A stretch of DNA of 64,000 bases from Eledone cirrhosa (Eukaryota): NCBI GenBank assembly GCA_964016885.1, contig OZ024760.1, positions 8,680,001 through 8,744,000 on the forward strand, written 5' to 3'. Position 1 is the stretch's first letter, and the number at the start of each line of letters is the position of its first letter. The translations under genes were made by a program, and so were the position numbers. Below are positions 14,493 through 27,023 of the stretch, in pieces. The notes beneath the pieces are model-generated. The model was not told where the DNA came from, made no database searches, and saw only the letters and a list, made by a program, of their open reading frames with translations.

Positions 14493-14875
<383 letters not shown>

Positions 14876-14877
14876 CC

Positions 14878-15146
14878 AGAAGAAGAAGAAAGCGAAGAAA
14901 GAAAAAAGAAGAAAAGAAAGACAAAGTAGAAAAAGAAGAAAAAAGAAAAAGAAAAAAAGAAAAAGAATAATAAAAAAAATAAGAAAAATAAGAAAAATAA
15001 GAAAAATAAGAAAAATAAGAAAAATAAGAAAAATAAGAAAAAGAATAAAAATAAGAAAAAGAATAAAAAGAAGAAAAAGAAGAAAAAGAAGAAAAAGAAG
15101 AAAAAGAAGAAAAAGAAGAAAAAGAAGAAAAAGAAGAAAAAGAAAT

Positions 15147-15177
<31 letters not shown>

Positions 15178-15195
15178 TAATAATAATAATAAGAA
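14878..15195. repeat. GAAAAA / TAA microsatellite
   Basis: Directly visible. Confidence 0.9.
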
Positions 15196-15454
15196 GCCAC
15201 AAGGGCCCAAGACATTGGGAACATTAGAAGGACAAACAACACAAGGGGACACTATTGAAGTGAAAATAGTAGGAATAACAGTAATAGAAAATGTATTAAA
15301 TGGTAACAATAGAATAAACTAACGTCAACTAGGATTAGTTCCCTCATTAGGCATTTCCACACTGCCTAGTTTGTATCTGCTCCAGGGGCCAATGTCACGC
15401 TCGCCTTTAGCTCCATTGTTGTTACAGATGGGAGGTGGAGTGACAGGGTTCAGT

Positions 15455-15600
15455 AATCATATTGCTGGCTTCCCCACAGCCCTGGCGGACAGAATGGAGA
15501 AGGTGTTTCCCCAGAGGATGGCAAGGGTGATGAGCTGGAAGAGCCATTCCAACTCGCGAGGCTCACACCTGCGGCTGGCCAGCTCAGCGCCTATGGTGGT
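15455..15600 (-). mobile_element. CRE-like LINE 3' fragment
   Basis: EPRELEWLFQLITLAILWGNTFSILSA, homologous to 5440-5540. Confidence 0.6.
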
Positions 15601-15689
15601 GAGTAGGGAGGTGGGCCGAGGACACCACAGCGAGTGACTCTTTCACTACTTATGTTTGATGTTCCAAGGGGCGTGACGCTCTTTAGGAA

Positions 15690-15948
15690 ACTGTTGGAGG
15701 TGTGGAAATGCCTAAACTGGTGTTGGACGTGCAAAAGTCTATCTTGCAAAATGGGGACGTTGTGTGTGACTGTAGCACCGAACCACAGACTACACAGCAC
15801 CTCCTGATATGCCCCCTGCTGGAACACCCCTGCACAGTATTGGACTTGGCAGAGTTTAATGAGAAAGGACAGCAATGTGTTCAGCAGTGGCGGAACCACA
15901 TCTAGCCAAGCTTTGCTACTGACACTCTTGTGGACACGACAAGAAGAA
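15690..15948 (+). mobile_element. Ingi/Vingi-like LINE 3' end
   Basis: CDCSTEPQTTQHLLICP (CCHC knuckle), then ggacacgacaagaagaag tail. Confidence 0.65.
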
Positions 15949-16224
15949 GTTCCCTCCAATATTAGACTGCACTTTAGGGTAATTTCAAGGAGAACCCCTC
16001 ACAGAATCCTAGATTATTCGGTCACCTCAAAGTAACACAGTTTCTTTTCTTCTTAGAGATGTATAGTAAGCGTTGCCCATTCAGCCTCGTCAATCTCACA
16101 GCACCCGTCTTTCATAAAATACACTAGAAAGCAGCATCTTTTTATGTCGAGGGTTTGGAGGAAGGTTCTTGTCCTTAACTATACAGATTTCTTTGCTATA
16201 GCTATCAAGTAGAAGGCTTCTAAA

Positions 16225-16422
16225 TGAAGGTGGTGGTTCAGTCTTTACTATAGATACAATTGAAAACCAAATCTGTCCTACACGCCATAACAGTTGTTCG
16301 ACATAAGTCCACAACTCTACAATACACAGGAACTGAGCGAAAGCATGCAGGACGGTTTCGTCACCCTGGAAGCATCTCGGACAGGTCCGGATGCGGGTAC
16401 TTCCGTGCCTGTAGAGCTTGTC
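16225..16422 (-). mobile_element. L1/Tx1-like ORF2 C-terminal zinc-knuckle fragment
   Basis: DKLYRHG...TCPRCFQGDETVLHAF...ELWTYVEQLL. Confidence 0.65.
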
Positions 16423-16469
16423 ATAATTATTTTTAGCATTAGTTGATGGTCATCAATTTGAGAAAAGGG

Positions 16470-16600
16470 AAAAATCGATTATATCGACCACAGTAGTTGA
16501 TTGGTATTTTATTTTATTGACTCTGAAAGGATGAAAGGCAAAATTGATCTCGGCAGGGTTTGAACTTAGAACGCAAAAAGTTGGCAGAAATATCGCTAAG
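16470..16600 (-). mobile_element. SINE family A, degenerate
   Basis: gaaaggatgaaaggcaaaattgatctcggcagggtttgaactt. Confidence 0.75.
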
Positions 16601-16695
16601 GGTTTTGTAACATCGAGGGTATCTCTCTCACAAAATGGTTAAGTATTTAGTTGGGACTAATTTTGTCTACCATCCCTACTGAGAATTCCGATGGG

Positions 16696-16767
<72 letters not shown>

Positions 16768-17373
16768 CGGGTGTAGGAACTTAGGAAAGTCAACGATCAT
16801 CCAATAGTGTATATATGTATATGTCTGTGTGCATGTGTATATATATATATGTATATGCGCGGAAATATAGAAATACGTGGGAGCCCAAGCACGTGTTTAG
16901 CCCATTGGGAGTGAGTGACCCTTAATCCTTGTTAGGACATCATTCTAAAAGAAGGAAAACTCTCATGTAAATTCTGTGACTCGATAGCAGCCAATGATGT
17001 TGACATGTTCGCCTTTTTGGACACCTGTCACTGTTGTTCAGGGTGGGAATGGTCCAGCGAAAGGACTTTCTTCACTTCAGAAGGCTTCATGCACAGGAAT
17101 CAATTGATCTAAACGACTTTCACGCGTGTTCCGCAAGCATGGCCTTTACTTGATTTATTTCGCCGCAACATATGAAGAAAGGAATCTAATTCCTTGGCAG
17201 CGCTAAAAAGTCATGTTCAGGCCACTCGTGTGTGAGTAAAATGTCAGAGGATGGCAATTCTCGACACCAAGATACAGCCATCACACACACACACACACAC
17301 AGACAGCTTCCAAAAATAATGGTTGCATCTAATAGGGTACATCAAAATTATTTATAAAACTGTTTATATATTG

Positions 17374-17438
17374 TATTTTGTCTGATGAAGGCATACCATA
17401 TTTTAATTTGGTATCCCTGAAATATGTATAATGAAATA
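17374..17438 (+). ncRNA. Minimal hammerhead motif inside Penelope-like repeat 17345-17570
   Basis: tattttgt-CTGATGA-aggcatacca...tggtatccct-GAAA-tatgta-TA-atgaaata; same family as 41206-41610 and 43493-43764. Confidence 0.8.
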
Positions 17439-17588
17439 AATATGGTTTTATAAATATAGTTTCCATTTATTTAATATCGTATATCTACTCCAAAAACTTG
17501 TCGAGTGCTTTATATCAGTTATAAAATATTTACTTGTTGTATCCCAACAATTTTAAATAGAACTTTTGCATATATATATATATATATA

Positions 17589-17658
17589 TAAGTAGTAACA
17601 CAACAGTTAGTTAAAACATACCGAGTATGGTGAATTAATTGTTGTGTTACTACTTATA
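17589..17658. repeat. Hairpin element; related copies at 17680-17707 and 18221-18350
   Basis: taagtagtaacacaaca...tgttgtgttactactta inverted arms. Confidence 0.75.
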
Positions 17659-17702
17659 TATATATATATTTAGATATAAATAGTAACACAACAATTAGTT
17701 CA

Positions 17703-17738
<36 letters not shown>

Positions 17739-17771
17739 TTGAAAATTACAAACTTGACTGTCCACACATTA

Positions 17772-17810
17772 TGAACCTGAAGATTGCGAAACCATGAAAG
17801 TACTTGTTCA
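17772..17810 (+). ncRNA. Degenerate hammerhead motif
   Basis: tgaac-CTGAAGA-ttgcgaaaccat-GAAA-gtac-TT-gttca; stems I and III intact, stem II weak. Confidence 0.5.
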
Positions 17811-17920
17811 ATTAACACTTAACATTTAATATTCTATCATACTATTTCATTATAATACCATTATAAATTTTAAAGGATTGTAAATAAAACGAGTAGATCA
17901 GACAAAGTTGGAATTCCTCT

Positions 17921-17992
<72 letters not shown>

Positions 17993-17995
<3 letters not shown>

Positions 17996-18205
17996 CGTGT
18001 GGCTGAGTGGTTAGGGAATCGGATTCGCAATCGTAAGGTTGTGAGTTCGAATCCTGGACCAGGCGATGCGTTATGTCCTTGAGCAAGACACTTTATTTCA
18101 CGTTGTTCCTTCTACCTGGAGTTGCGACCGATAGATAGTATTAGCAATTGGAAAGACCAACGGAAACATTGTTCCCTCGGTCCGATTTGACGAAAGTCGA
18201 TCGTT
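17993..18205 (+). mobile_element. tRNA-derived SINE (family B); copies at 44395-44577 (-), 47277-47477 (+), 63783-63938 (-)
   Basis: Box A TGGCTGAGTGG, box B GAGTTCGAATCC, body tgtccttgagcaagacactttatttcacgttg. Confidence 0.88.
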
Positions 18206-19639
18206 CCTATATACATAGAAATAGTAACACAACAATTAGTTCACCATACTCGGTATGTTGAACTAACTGTTGTGTTACTACTTCTACCAAACTCACTCGT
18301 CCCATGGACTGAGTGCTCTACCACCACGGATATTACCTTCCAGTGTTCTCTCTCTATATATATATATAGAGAGAGGAGGGGGGAATAGACACGACACTTG
18401 ATATCCGTCTCCCTCAGAAATTAATACGAGTTAAATGATATTTCCATCTATATGCTTGATTATATTTGCTGTGTGCATTTCCAAAAATTTCTCTCTAAAA
18501 AAACTTTTTCTTCAAATCAATATAATATATAAAGACATTGAGCTAACCCTGATAGAATCGTAGGGGCGTTGTATCGACATAAAGCATTTCTAGGGCATTT
18601 TAAGCCTAGCGGGGCCCATCCCTCTCCAGGCCAGAGTACAGCAGATTTCTTCCAGAGAAAGATAGAAAGTGAGAGAGAGGAAATGAGGAAGAGATATAGA
18701 GAGGAATAATCGACTCCATAACTAAACTTGTACTTTTTTTATCGACCGCGAAAGGATGAAAACAAAGTTGACCTCGGCGGGATTTGAACTTCGAGAGCAT
18801 TGATCCACAATCAATATCATAAAGCATTCTATCCGACGTTCTAACGACTCTGCCAATACATACATACATACATACATACATACATACATACATACATACA
18901 TACATACATACATACATACATACAGGCTTTTTGAGTGGTTTATCCCCTCTATGGTCTGTGTTTTACGCCTCAAGTATCCATGCACAACTTTTTCTGTAAA
19001 TTGGACAACATACATACATACATAAACTTGGATTTGCGGACAAAAAGCACAGCTCCCTAATTCATAGTCTACAAATGGCTGCGATAGCTGGCACCTTCAA
19101 AATTTGCAAAACATTCTTGCGATTCAAGGGATGACAATTTCTTTTCTTTTACAACCTTGCCACCAGGAAGGTGGCCGGTCAAAAAAATATACTCGAAATT
19201 AAGAGAAAGAGAAAACATACATACATACATACATACATACATAGTGGCTGCCAACTCGTTTTCGAGTACGGCCACTACTTTATATCCATGTAGGAGAACC
19301 CCTACCGATGCGCTGAACGAGTGTGACTTTTTAGTCCAGCCATCGACTTGAAAACTGATACAAACACTACACTTGTGACAATTATTGACACACAGTGCTG
19401 GGCCCATGGTACCATGTGACGACAAGTGCAGAGAGATCTCCAGATATAAAGCAATGCCTGTGCCGTGAAGCTTTTATAGTGAGCAAAGGCACTGCACAAA
19501 GCCAGTCCCACTCTCTTAACCAAGATGATATTTATCAAAAAGAAGAACAAGTCAACATCATTGGATACCATCAGGGTTGCAGGTGTTATATCAGAGTTTT
19601 AACTTCTCCTAGAATTCTGCCTTGACAAAGGCTAAGGGG

Positions 19640-22600
19640 TCATCTCTCCCGGTGATTTTGGATGGCTATTGACTCTTTAAGAGCTCCTTTGCCCTTTGAC
19701 AGGTGGGTTGGGTCGTTGGCGACTAAACTGGCAACCCTACCAAGGTTTCTTGGTGAGGAGGGTGACTTTGGACATCCTGCAGGACTAAAAACATACATAC
19801 ATACATACATACATACATACATACAATCATACATACACTCATACATACATACATATATACATACATACATACAAAGTGTAAAAGAGAGAAAAAACCGGTT
19901 GAAATACTGTAAGGCATTCATGTTCAATGAATGGCGGTGGTGGTGGTGGTGGTGGTGGTGGTGTGAAGAGGGAAAGTATTGAAGTATTATAGAGGTGAAA
20001 CTTACCTCAGTGAACGGCCATTTTGGTGACATCTGATGAGTAAGAATTTGGGGTTTTCTCACAAATATCTCGGACAAACGACTAGGGTTGTTTTTCAGTC
20101 CGGCATATTTGGGGTTCGAAGAACTAAGGTGAACATTTCCATCTTCCTTCCGATCGAACTTCTTCTCACATTTGTAGCTACTTCGATCACATTTAATAGA
20201 TTTTTTGCCAACAATAACATTTTGATCGTTATTCCTGTTGTTGTTGTTGTTGTTGTCGTTGTTGTTGTTGCTACGGCGGCATTTTATAATCCATGAGGTG
20301 TTAATGTTGTTGATCGTTGGAGACGGATTAGAGGTGTAGTTGACACTGTTGCTGCAGAAGGCGGGACTGAGACACAAGGGTGCTGTTAGGTATCCCCGCC
20401 ACGTGCCACTGCTGTTGTCCACACGAGAGAGTGGTATATTTGCATTATTATTATTATTAGTAGAAGTAGTAGAAGTACTAGTAGTAGTAGTAGCAGCGGT
20501 GATTTCTGTGCATCTGTTGTCACCGTTGTTGTTATTGTTACAAAGCTCGCTGCAGATGTTGTGTAACTGAAGCTGACTGTGATGATGATGATGATGATGA
20601 TGGTGATGGTGAGGGTGAGGGTGATAGTAGTAGAAGTAAATATGCTGTTCGAAATTGTGACTTTGTTGGTGACAGTAATAGTGGCTGTAGTTGTGGTTGT
20701 AGTTGTTGTTGTGGTTGTGGTTGTAGTTGTGGCTGTTGTGGCTGTAGTTATAGTTGTTGTAGTTGTTGTTGTAGTTGTTGTTGTGGCTGTAGTTGTTGTG
20801 GCTGTAGTTGTGGCTGTAGTTGTGGCTGTAGTTGTGGTTGTAGTTGTGGTTGTGGCTGTTGTGGCTGTAGTGGCTGTAGTTGTTGTGGCTGTAGTTGTTG
20901 TTGTGGCTGTAGTAGTCGTCGTTGTCATCTTTGTGGGGGTGGGGGTGGAAACTGTAAGAGCATTGTTGCCGGTCGTTATGGCAACTGTCTGAAGGATGGT
21001 GGTGGTGATGGTAGTAGTAGTGGTGGTGGTGGTGGTATTTGGTGCGTTCTTCTGGTACTCTCAGTAGTAACAGTAGTTGTAGTAGTAGTAGCAGCTGTTG
21101 TTGTTGTTGTAGTAGTAGTAATAGTAGTGGTGGTGAGCTGTATTCGTATAGATCACAATTTTGGCAGTTCGTGTCGTAGTAACAACAATCGGACTGGGAA
21201 CAATCGGACTGGGAACAACAACAACAACAACACTCAAAGCCTGTAACCCTTTCGTGACTCGAACATGCAACGGCACATTTGGTAGTAGTAGTAGTAGTAG
21301 TAGTAATAGTAGTGGTAGTAGTCGTCGTCGTCGTCGTCGTCGTGGGTGTTATTACAGAATCCAAAGAAGCTACCAGAGCAAATGTTGTTGTTGTTGTAGT
21401 TGTAGTAGTAGTGGAGGTGGTGATAGAGGCTGTTATTGGAAGCCTTCGCCACCACCGCCAACAACAACAACAACAACAGCAACACACCACCACCACAGAT
21501 GCCAACGATGCAGTCTTCGTCAACACAAACACAACCACTACCAGCCTCCACACCGCCGCCGCCAACTCTCTCTCTGTTGGCGGAACACCGTTATCATTAA
21601 CAGAGGTGATAGTAGACAGTTCGTCTGCTGTAGTTGCCTTGGCAACGACAGCAACAACAACAACAACAGCAACAACAATAGCAGTGGGGTGGCGAGGGAG
21701 GGTAATAACACTACAGAAGGGATGAGGATGATGATGAGGATGATGATGATGATGAAGAAGAAGAAGAGGAAGAAGTTCAGTCTCACCGGTGATCTCGTTT
21801 GTGTCGTGACTGTGGTTAGAACTCGTCTCATTTGGCTTATCATTTTCCTTCTCTTTCATATGATGACGGTGATGATGATGATGATGATAGTAACAATCCA
21901 GGTGTCCCTGATAATGTTGATGATGGTGGTGGTGGTGGTGGTGGTGGTGGTGGTGGTGGTGGTGATGGTGGTGGTGGTTATTATGATGGTGTTGATAGCA
22001 TCGTTCTAAATACTGTGTGACATAATATAGAACGGGTGTCGTGGTGTAATGTTGCGCATGTAGGGCGGGGTGGAGAGCATAATTATTGTTGTTGTTGGTG
22101 GTGGTGTTGGTGTTGGTGGTGGTGTTGGTGGTAGTGGTGGTGTTGGTGGTAGTGTTGTTGGTGGTGGTGGTGTTGGTGGTGGTGGTGTTGGTGGTAGTGG
22201 TGGTAGGATGTGTGCAATTTTGTTGAGGTGGAAGAGGAGAACGTTGACAGTAACAATGATAGTAAGGAAATAAATACTGGTTCTGGTTGGTGCTGTGATG
22301 ATGATGATGATGGTGGTGATGACGATGATGGTGGCGATGATGATGATGGTGAGGATGATGGCGATGGTGATTATAACAATAACAACAAAGACTATTACCA
22401 CGTAAGACAGGAGAGTGGTCGAATTGATCATCCTGTTGGTTAGAAAGTCCGGATTGGTGTTTGATGGTTAAAATTGAGAGGTCACCTCGTGGTCTATCAT
22501 TTTGTATAGTTAAATTTGAGAGGTCATCTCTTGGTCCATTATTTCGGACAGGTAATGTGAAGAATTCGTCTTTTAGTCCACTAATTCGGACAGGCAGAGT

Positions 22601-23212
22601 GGAAAGGTCATTTCTTTTTCCGTTATTCCGGACAGGTAAAGTGGAAAATTCATTTTTTTGTCCATTATTCCAGACAGGTAAAGTGGAAAATTCAGTTTCT
22701 TGTCCGTTATTCCGGACAGGTAAAGCGAAAAATTCAGTTTCTTGTCCGTTATTCCGGACAGGTAAAGCGAAAAATTCAGTTTCTTGTCCGTTATTCCGGA
22801 CAGGTAAAGTGGAAAATTCATTTTCTTGTCCATTATTCCGGACAGGTAAAGTGGCAAATTCATTTTCTTGTCCATTATTCCGGACAGGTAAAGTGGAAAA
22901 TTCATTTTCTTGTCCGTTATTCCGGACAGGTAAAGTGGAAAATTCATTTTCTTGTCCGTTATTCCGGACAGGTAAAGTGGAAAATACATTTTCTTGTCCA
23001 TTATTCCGGACAGGTAAAGTGGCAAATTCATTTTCTTGTCCGTTATTCCGGACAGGTAAAGTGGAGAGTTTGTCTGTATGTGGTAGGTCACTATAAACTA
23101 CATCGTCTTGGCAGGCAATGTCTTTTGTCGGCGGCGTGTTATAATTACACTTTCTAAAGCTGTATTGAATACAAGCTGTAGTGAGTCGGTTCAAGTTGGA
23201 TATTGCCGTCAT
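19640..23212 (-). CDS. Long low-complexity ORF (1190 codons); possible host exon, function unknown
   Basis: ATG-initiated and stop-free over 3.5 kb; 14-aa tandem repeat, then poly-H/T/N/L/V/C runs; no recognisable domain; the last about 230 nt run into (TACA)n and a repeat. Confidence 0.3.
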   Translation of the reverse strand: MTAISNLNRLTTACIQYSFRKCNYNTPPTKDIACQDDVVYSDLPHTDKLSTLPVRNNGQENEFATLPVRNNGQENVFSTLPVRNNGQENEFSTLPVRNNGQENEFSTLPVRNNGQENEFATLPVRNNGQENEFSTLPVRNNGQETEFFALPVRNNGQETEFFALPVRNNGQETEFSTLPVWNNGQKNEFSTLPVRNNGKRNDLSTLPVRISGLKDEFFTLPVRNNGPRDDLSNLTIQNDRPRGDLSILTIKHQSGLSNQQDDQFDHSPVLRGNSLCCYCYNHHRHHPHHHHHRHHHRHHHHHHHHHSTNQNQYLFPYYHCYCQRSPLPPQQNCTHPTTTTTNTTTTNTTTTNNTTTNTTTTTNTTTNTNTTTNNNNNYALHPALHAQHYTTTPVLYYVTQYLERCYQHHHNNHHHHHHHHHHHHHHHHHHHQHYQGHLDCYYHHHHHHRHHMKEKENDKPNETSSNHSHDTNEITGETELLPLLLLHHHHHPHHHPHPFCSVITLPRHPTAIVVAVVVVVAVVAKATTADELSTITSVNDNGVPPTERELAAAVWRLVVVVFVLTKTASLASVVVVCCCCCCCCWRWWRRLPITASITTSTTTTTTTTTTFALVASLDSVITPTTTTTTTTTTTTITTTTTTTTKCAVACSSHERVTGFECCCCCCSQSDCSQSDCCYYDTNCQNCDLYEYSSPPLLLLLLQQQQQLLLLLQLLLLLRVPEERTKYHHHHHYYYHHHHHPSDSCHNDRQQCSYSFHPHPHKDDNDDYYSHNNNYSHNNYSHYSHNSHNHNYNHNYSHNYSHNYSHNNYSHNNNYNNNYNNYNYSHNSHNYNHNHNNNYNHNYSHYYCHQQSHNFEQHIYFYYYHPHPHHHHHHHHHHHSQLQLHNICSELCNNNNNGDNRCTEITAATTTTSTSTTSTNNNNNANIPLSRVDNSSGTWRGYLTAPLCLSPAFCSNSVNYTSNPSPTINNINTSWIIKCRRSNNNNDNNNNNNRNNDQNVIVGKKSIKCDRSSYKCEKKFDRKEDGNVHLSSSNPKYAGLKNNPSRLSEIFVRKPQILTHQMSPKWPFTEVSFTSIILQYFPSSHHHHHHHHHRHSLNMNALQYFNRFFLSFTLCMYVCIYVCMYECMYDCMYVCMYVCMYVFSPAGCPKSPSSPRNLGRVASLVANDPTHLSKGKGALKESIAIQNHRER
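22480..23065. repeat. 42-bp minisatellite, about 13 conserved plus 2 degenerate units
   Basis: Unit tccggacaggtaaagtggaaaattcattttcttgtccgttat (= STLPVRNNGQENEF on minus). Confidence 0.95.
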
Positions 23213-24411
23213 GACTTAATCTCCAGATGATTCTCAAGTTGTCTTAAAGAAACGAGATAGCTGGTAACAATAACAACAATAACAATAATAATGTTAACAA
23301 TAGCAAAAGAAATTGTTGGTCGGCTTAGCAAGGTGAAGTTGAGAATATGCTCCAAATAAATGTAACAGTTGACTTGAAGTTGTTGTAGGAATTTGACGAG
23401 TTGATTTAAGAACAGGTGCGGCGATGTAAAGGTAACGGGATTCTTGCTTGCAGGTAAATATAAGAAAGAGTTGATTAATTCCGGCAGATTGTGACAATAA
23501 TCGACAGAGAAATGATAGGTGGCAGCTTTATATACGGGCCGTATGTTCTCCTGCAGGCCTTCGTCACTATAGTTGGTTAGCTCTTCTTCCATCACCATGC
23601 GAAAAATGAACGGCAACGGGCGCGGGTCCCACTGCTGCTACTACTGCCACTGCTGCTGATGGTGGTGGTGGTAATGGTGGTGCAGACCAGTTAAGACTAT
23701 CGAATTATATGATGTTGTTGTTGTTGTTGTTGTTGTTGCTGTTGCTGTTGTTGTTGTTAGTTATGATGACAACGATGCGAATGCGTAAAGTCCGCAAAAA
23801 GAAAAGAAAAAAAGTGATGTTATCAGATTCTGCTCTCAGAGTTGAATTCAGTGTGTATGTGTGTATGTGTGTGTGTGTATGGGTGTGTATATGTGTGTAT
23901 GTGTGTGTATGTGTGTGTATGTGTGTGTATATGTGTGTATATGTGTGTATGTGTGTGTATGGGTGTGTATATATGTGTGTATGTGTGTGTATATATGTGT
24001 ATATGTGTGTATGTGTGTGTATATATGTGTATATATGTGTGTATATATGTGTGTATATATGTGTGTATATATGGGTGTGTATATGGGTGTGTATATGTGT
24101 GTATATATGTGTGTGTATATATGTGTGTGTGATTTGAAAAGAGGTGTGTTCTCGGGTAGGTGGAGATAATATTCCGGGCGTGTTCCAAGTCCAGTAGTAT
24201 AAGAAGCTATAAGTTGTGTTGTTGGTTAAGGATGGCGATGTTGTGTTGTTGGTTAAGGATGGCGATGTTGTTATGATTCTCTCTGTTGAAATGTTCCAGC
24301 CACATGGTTCGGTTGAAATGAGAGAAGGTAAAAGAAAGGAAAAGAGAGAATATAAGCAAACTTATTTCATTTTTCTCTACATTCAACTTTAACGTACTCT
24401 ATACACACATG

Positions 24412-24472
<61 letters not shown>

Positions 24473-24493
24473 CAGAGACAGAGAGAGAGAGAC

Positions 24494-24588
<95 letters not shown>

Positions 24589-24771
24589 GAGAGAAACAGA
24601 GAGACAGACAGAGAGACACAGACTCAAAGAGACAGAGAGAGAGAGTTGGTAAGGGTGTTGAATAATGTGTGTGTGTGTGTGTGTGAAGCAACAGGAAGAG
24701 TGTGGTGTATGTGAGAGTAAAAGTATAGCGTGTGTGTGTGTGTGTGTGTGTGTAAAGCAAGAGGAAGCAAG

Positions 24772-25142
24772 TGTGGTGTATGAGGTGGAGGAGGAGGAAG
24801 AGCTGGTGTGTGAGGTGGAGGTGGAGGAAGAGCTGGTGTGTGAGGTGGAGGAGGAGGAAGAGCTGGTGTGTGAGGTGGAGGAAGAGCTGGTGTGTGAGGT
24901 GGAGGTGGAGGAAGAGCTGGTGTGTGAGGTGGAGGAGGAGGAAGAGCTGGTGTGTGAGGTGGAGGAGGAGGAAGAGCTGGTGTGTGAGGTGGAGGAAGAG
25001 CTGGTGTGTGAGGTGGAGGAAGAGCTGGTGTGTGAGGTGGAGGAGGAGGAAGAGCTGGTGTGTGAGGTGGAGGAGGAGGAAGAGCTGGTGTGTGTGAGGT
25101 GGAGGAAGAGCTGGTGTGTGAGGTGGAGGAGGAGGAAGAGCT
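24772..25142. repeat. 24-30-bp minisatellite
   Basis: Unit gaggtggag(gag)n gaagagctggtgtgt. Confidence 0.95.
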
Positions 25143-25379
25143 AATGTCTGTTCACTCACTGAAGATATTTATTGTTGTATTAGAAGTTGGATTTCATTTA
25201 CTTTAGTTAGTGTCTCACACTGGTTAGATGTAATAATTAGAGAGGGAGAGAGAGGGGTAGATAGAGGGAGAGAGGGGTAGAAAGGGAGAGAGGGGTAGAG
25301 AGGGAGAGTGGTAGGGAGAGGGGTAGAGAGGGAGTGGTCGGGAGGGAGAGTGTTAGATGGTGAGGGGTAGGGAGAAAGA

Positions 25380-25437
<58 letters not shown>

Positions 25438-26104
25438 ACGAGAACGACAAAGAGAGAGAGAACGAGAACGACAAAGAGAGAAAGAGAGAGAAAGAGAGAG
25501 AAAGAGAGAGTGGTGTATATATATATATATAGAGAGAGAGAAAAAGAAAGAACGAGAAAGAACGAGAAAGAAAAAGAACGAGAGAGAGAAAGAACGAGAA
25601 AGAGAAAGAACGAGAAAGAGAAAGTACGAGAAAGAGAAAGTACGAGAAAGAGAAAGAACGAGAAAGAGAAAGAACGAGAGAGAGAGGCCGAGAGAAAGAA
25701 CGAGAGAGAGAAAGAACGAGAGAGAGAGAGAGAGGCTGAGAGAGATAGGCCGAGAGAGAGGCCGAGAGACATATATGAAAGAGAAATGAGGGAAAGAGTA
25801 AAGTGAGGCGCACTCACATATTAGTACAGTGACACCCCCCTCCCCCCACACAACACATACAATGAAAGACCATTAACAATAGTCGCTATATATATAATAC
25901 TAATAGTACTATTAATGGTGATTGAAATGATATTGGCACCAGCTCCATTAAAGTTCTACAATGGTCTCATGTATTTAATACAACGGAATATTTGAATTAA
26001 CAATATTTTTCGACACACACACACGTATATGTATACATGCACATATATATATAGTACATATATATATATATATGTACTATATATATAGTAAATATATATA
26101 TATA

Positions 26105-26138
<34 letters not shown>

Positions 26139-26283
26139 AAATGTAAACGGAAACAACAAAAGCAAACAACACAGTACAGTGAAGAAATATATTAGTTTAA
26201 CGCTTGATATAGTAGGAAATGAATCTTTATGTTTCGGACACACACACACACACACATATATATTATATATATATATATATATA

Positions 26284-26313
26284 CCGACATACATATTTAT
26301 GTGAGTGCATGTA

Positions 26314-26347
<34 letters not shown>

Positions 26348-26375
26348 GACATACATATTTATATAAGTGTATGTA

Positions 26376-26427
<52 letters not shown>

Positions 26428-26455
26428 GACATACATATTTATATGAGTGCATGTA

Positions 26456-26503
<48 letters not shown>

Positions 26504-26527
26504 CATACATATTTATATGAGTGCATG

Positions 26528-26575
<48 letters not shown>

Positions 26576-26603
26576 GACATACATATTTATGTGAGTGCAT
26601 GTA

Positions 26604-26644
<41 letters not shown>

Positions 26645-26685
26645 CGACATACATATTTATATGAGTGTATGTATTAATATATATA

Positions 26686-26690
<5 letters not shown>
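26284..26690. repeat. Composite tandem repeat, about 6 units with variable (TA)n
   Basis: Anchor ccgacatacatatttat(g/a)tgagtgcatgtatt. Confidence 0.9.
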
Positions 26691-26727
<37 letters not shown>

Positions 26728-26975
26728 TTTTTTTACTCTGAAAACAAAGATTACACAAAACAAAAAAGTCATTAAAATACTTGCCGACAATTCTTTGTTG
26801 AATTTCGTTCAGTTTTTATTAATCACCATGATAAAGGCCATCCAATAATTGTATTGTTCTCCAACAATCATGCGTACTTCTTCATAGATATACAGTTGTT
26901 GTTGTTGTTGTTGTTGTTGTTGTCGTCGGTGGTAGTGGTGGTAGGGTCGGTTATACATGTGTCCATGAGAATCGG

Positions 26976-27023
<48 letters not shown>

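Noticed and set aside
17993-18065. Possible tRNA gene
   Set aside because: A and B boxes run into a SINE body found in four copies; no clean cloverleaf
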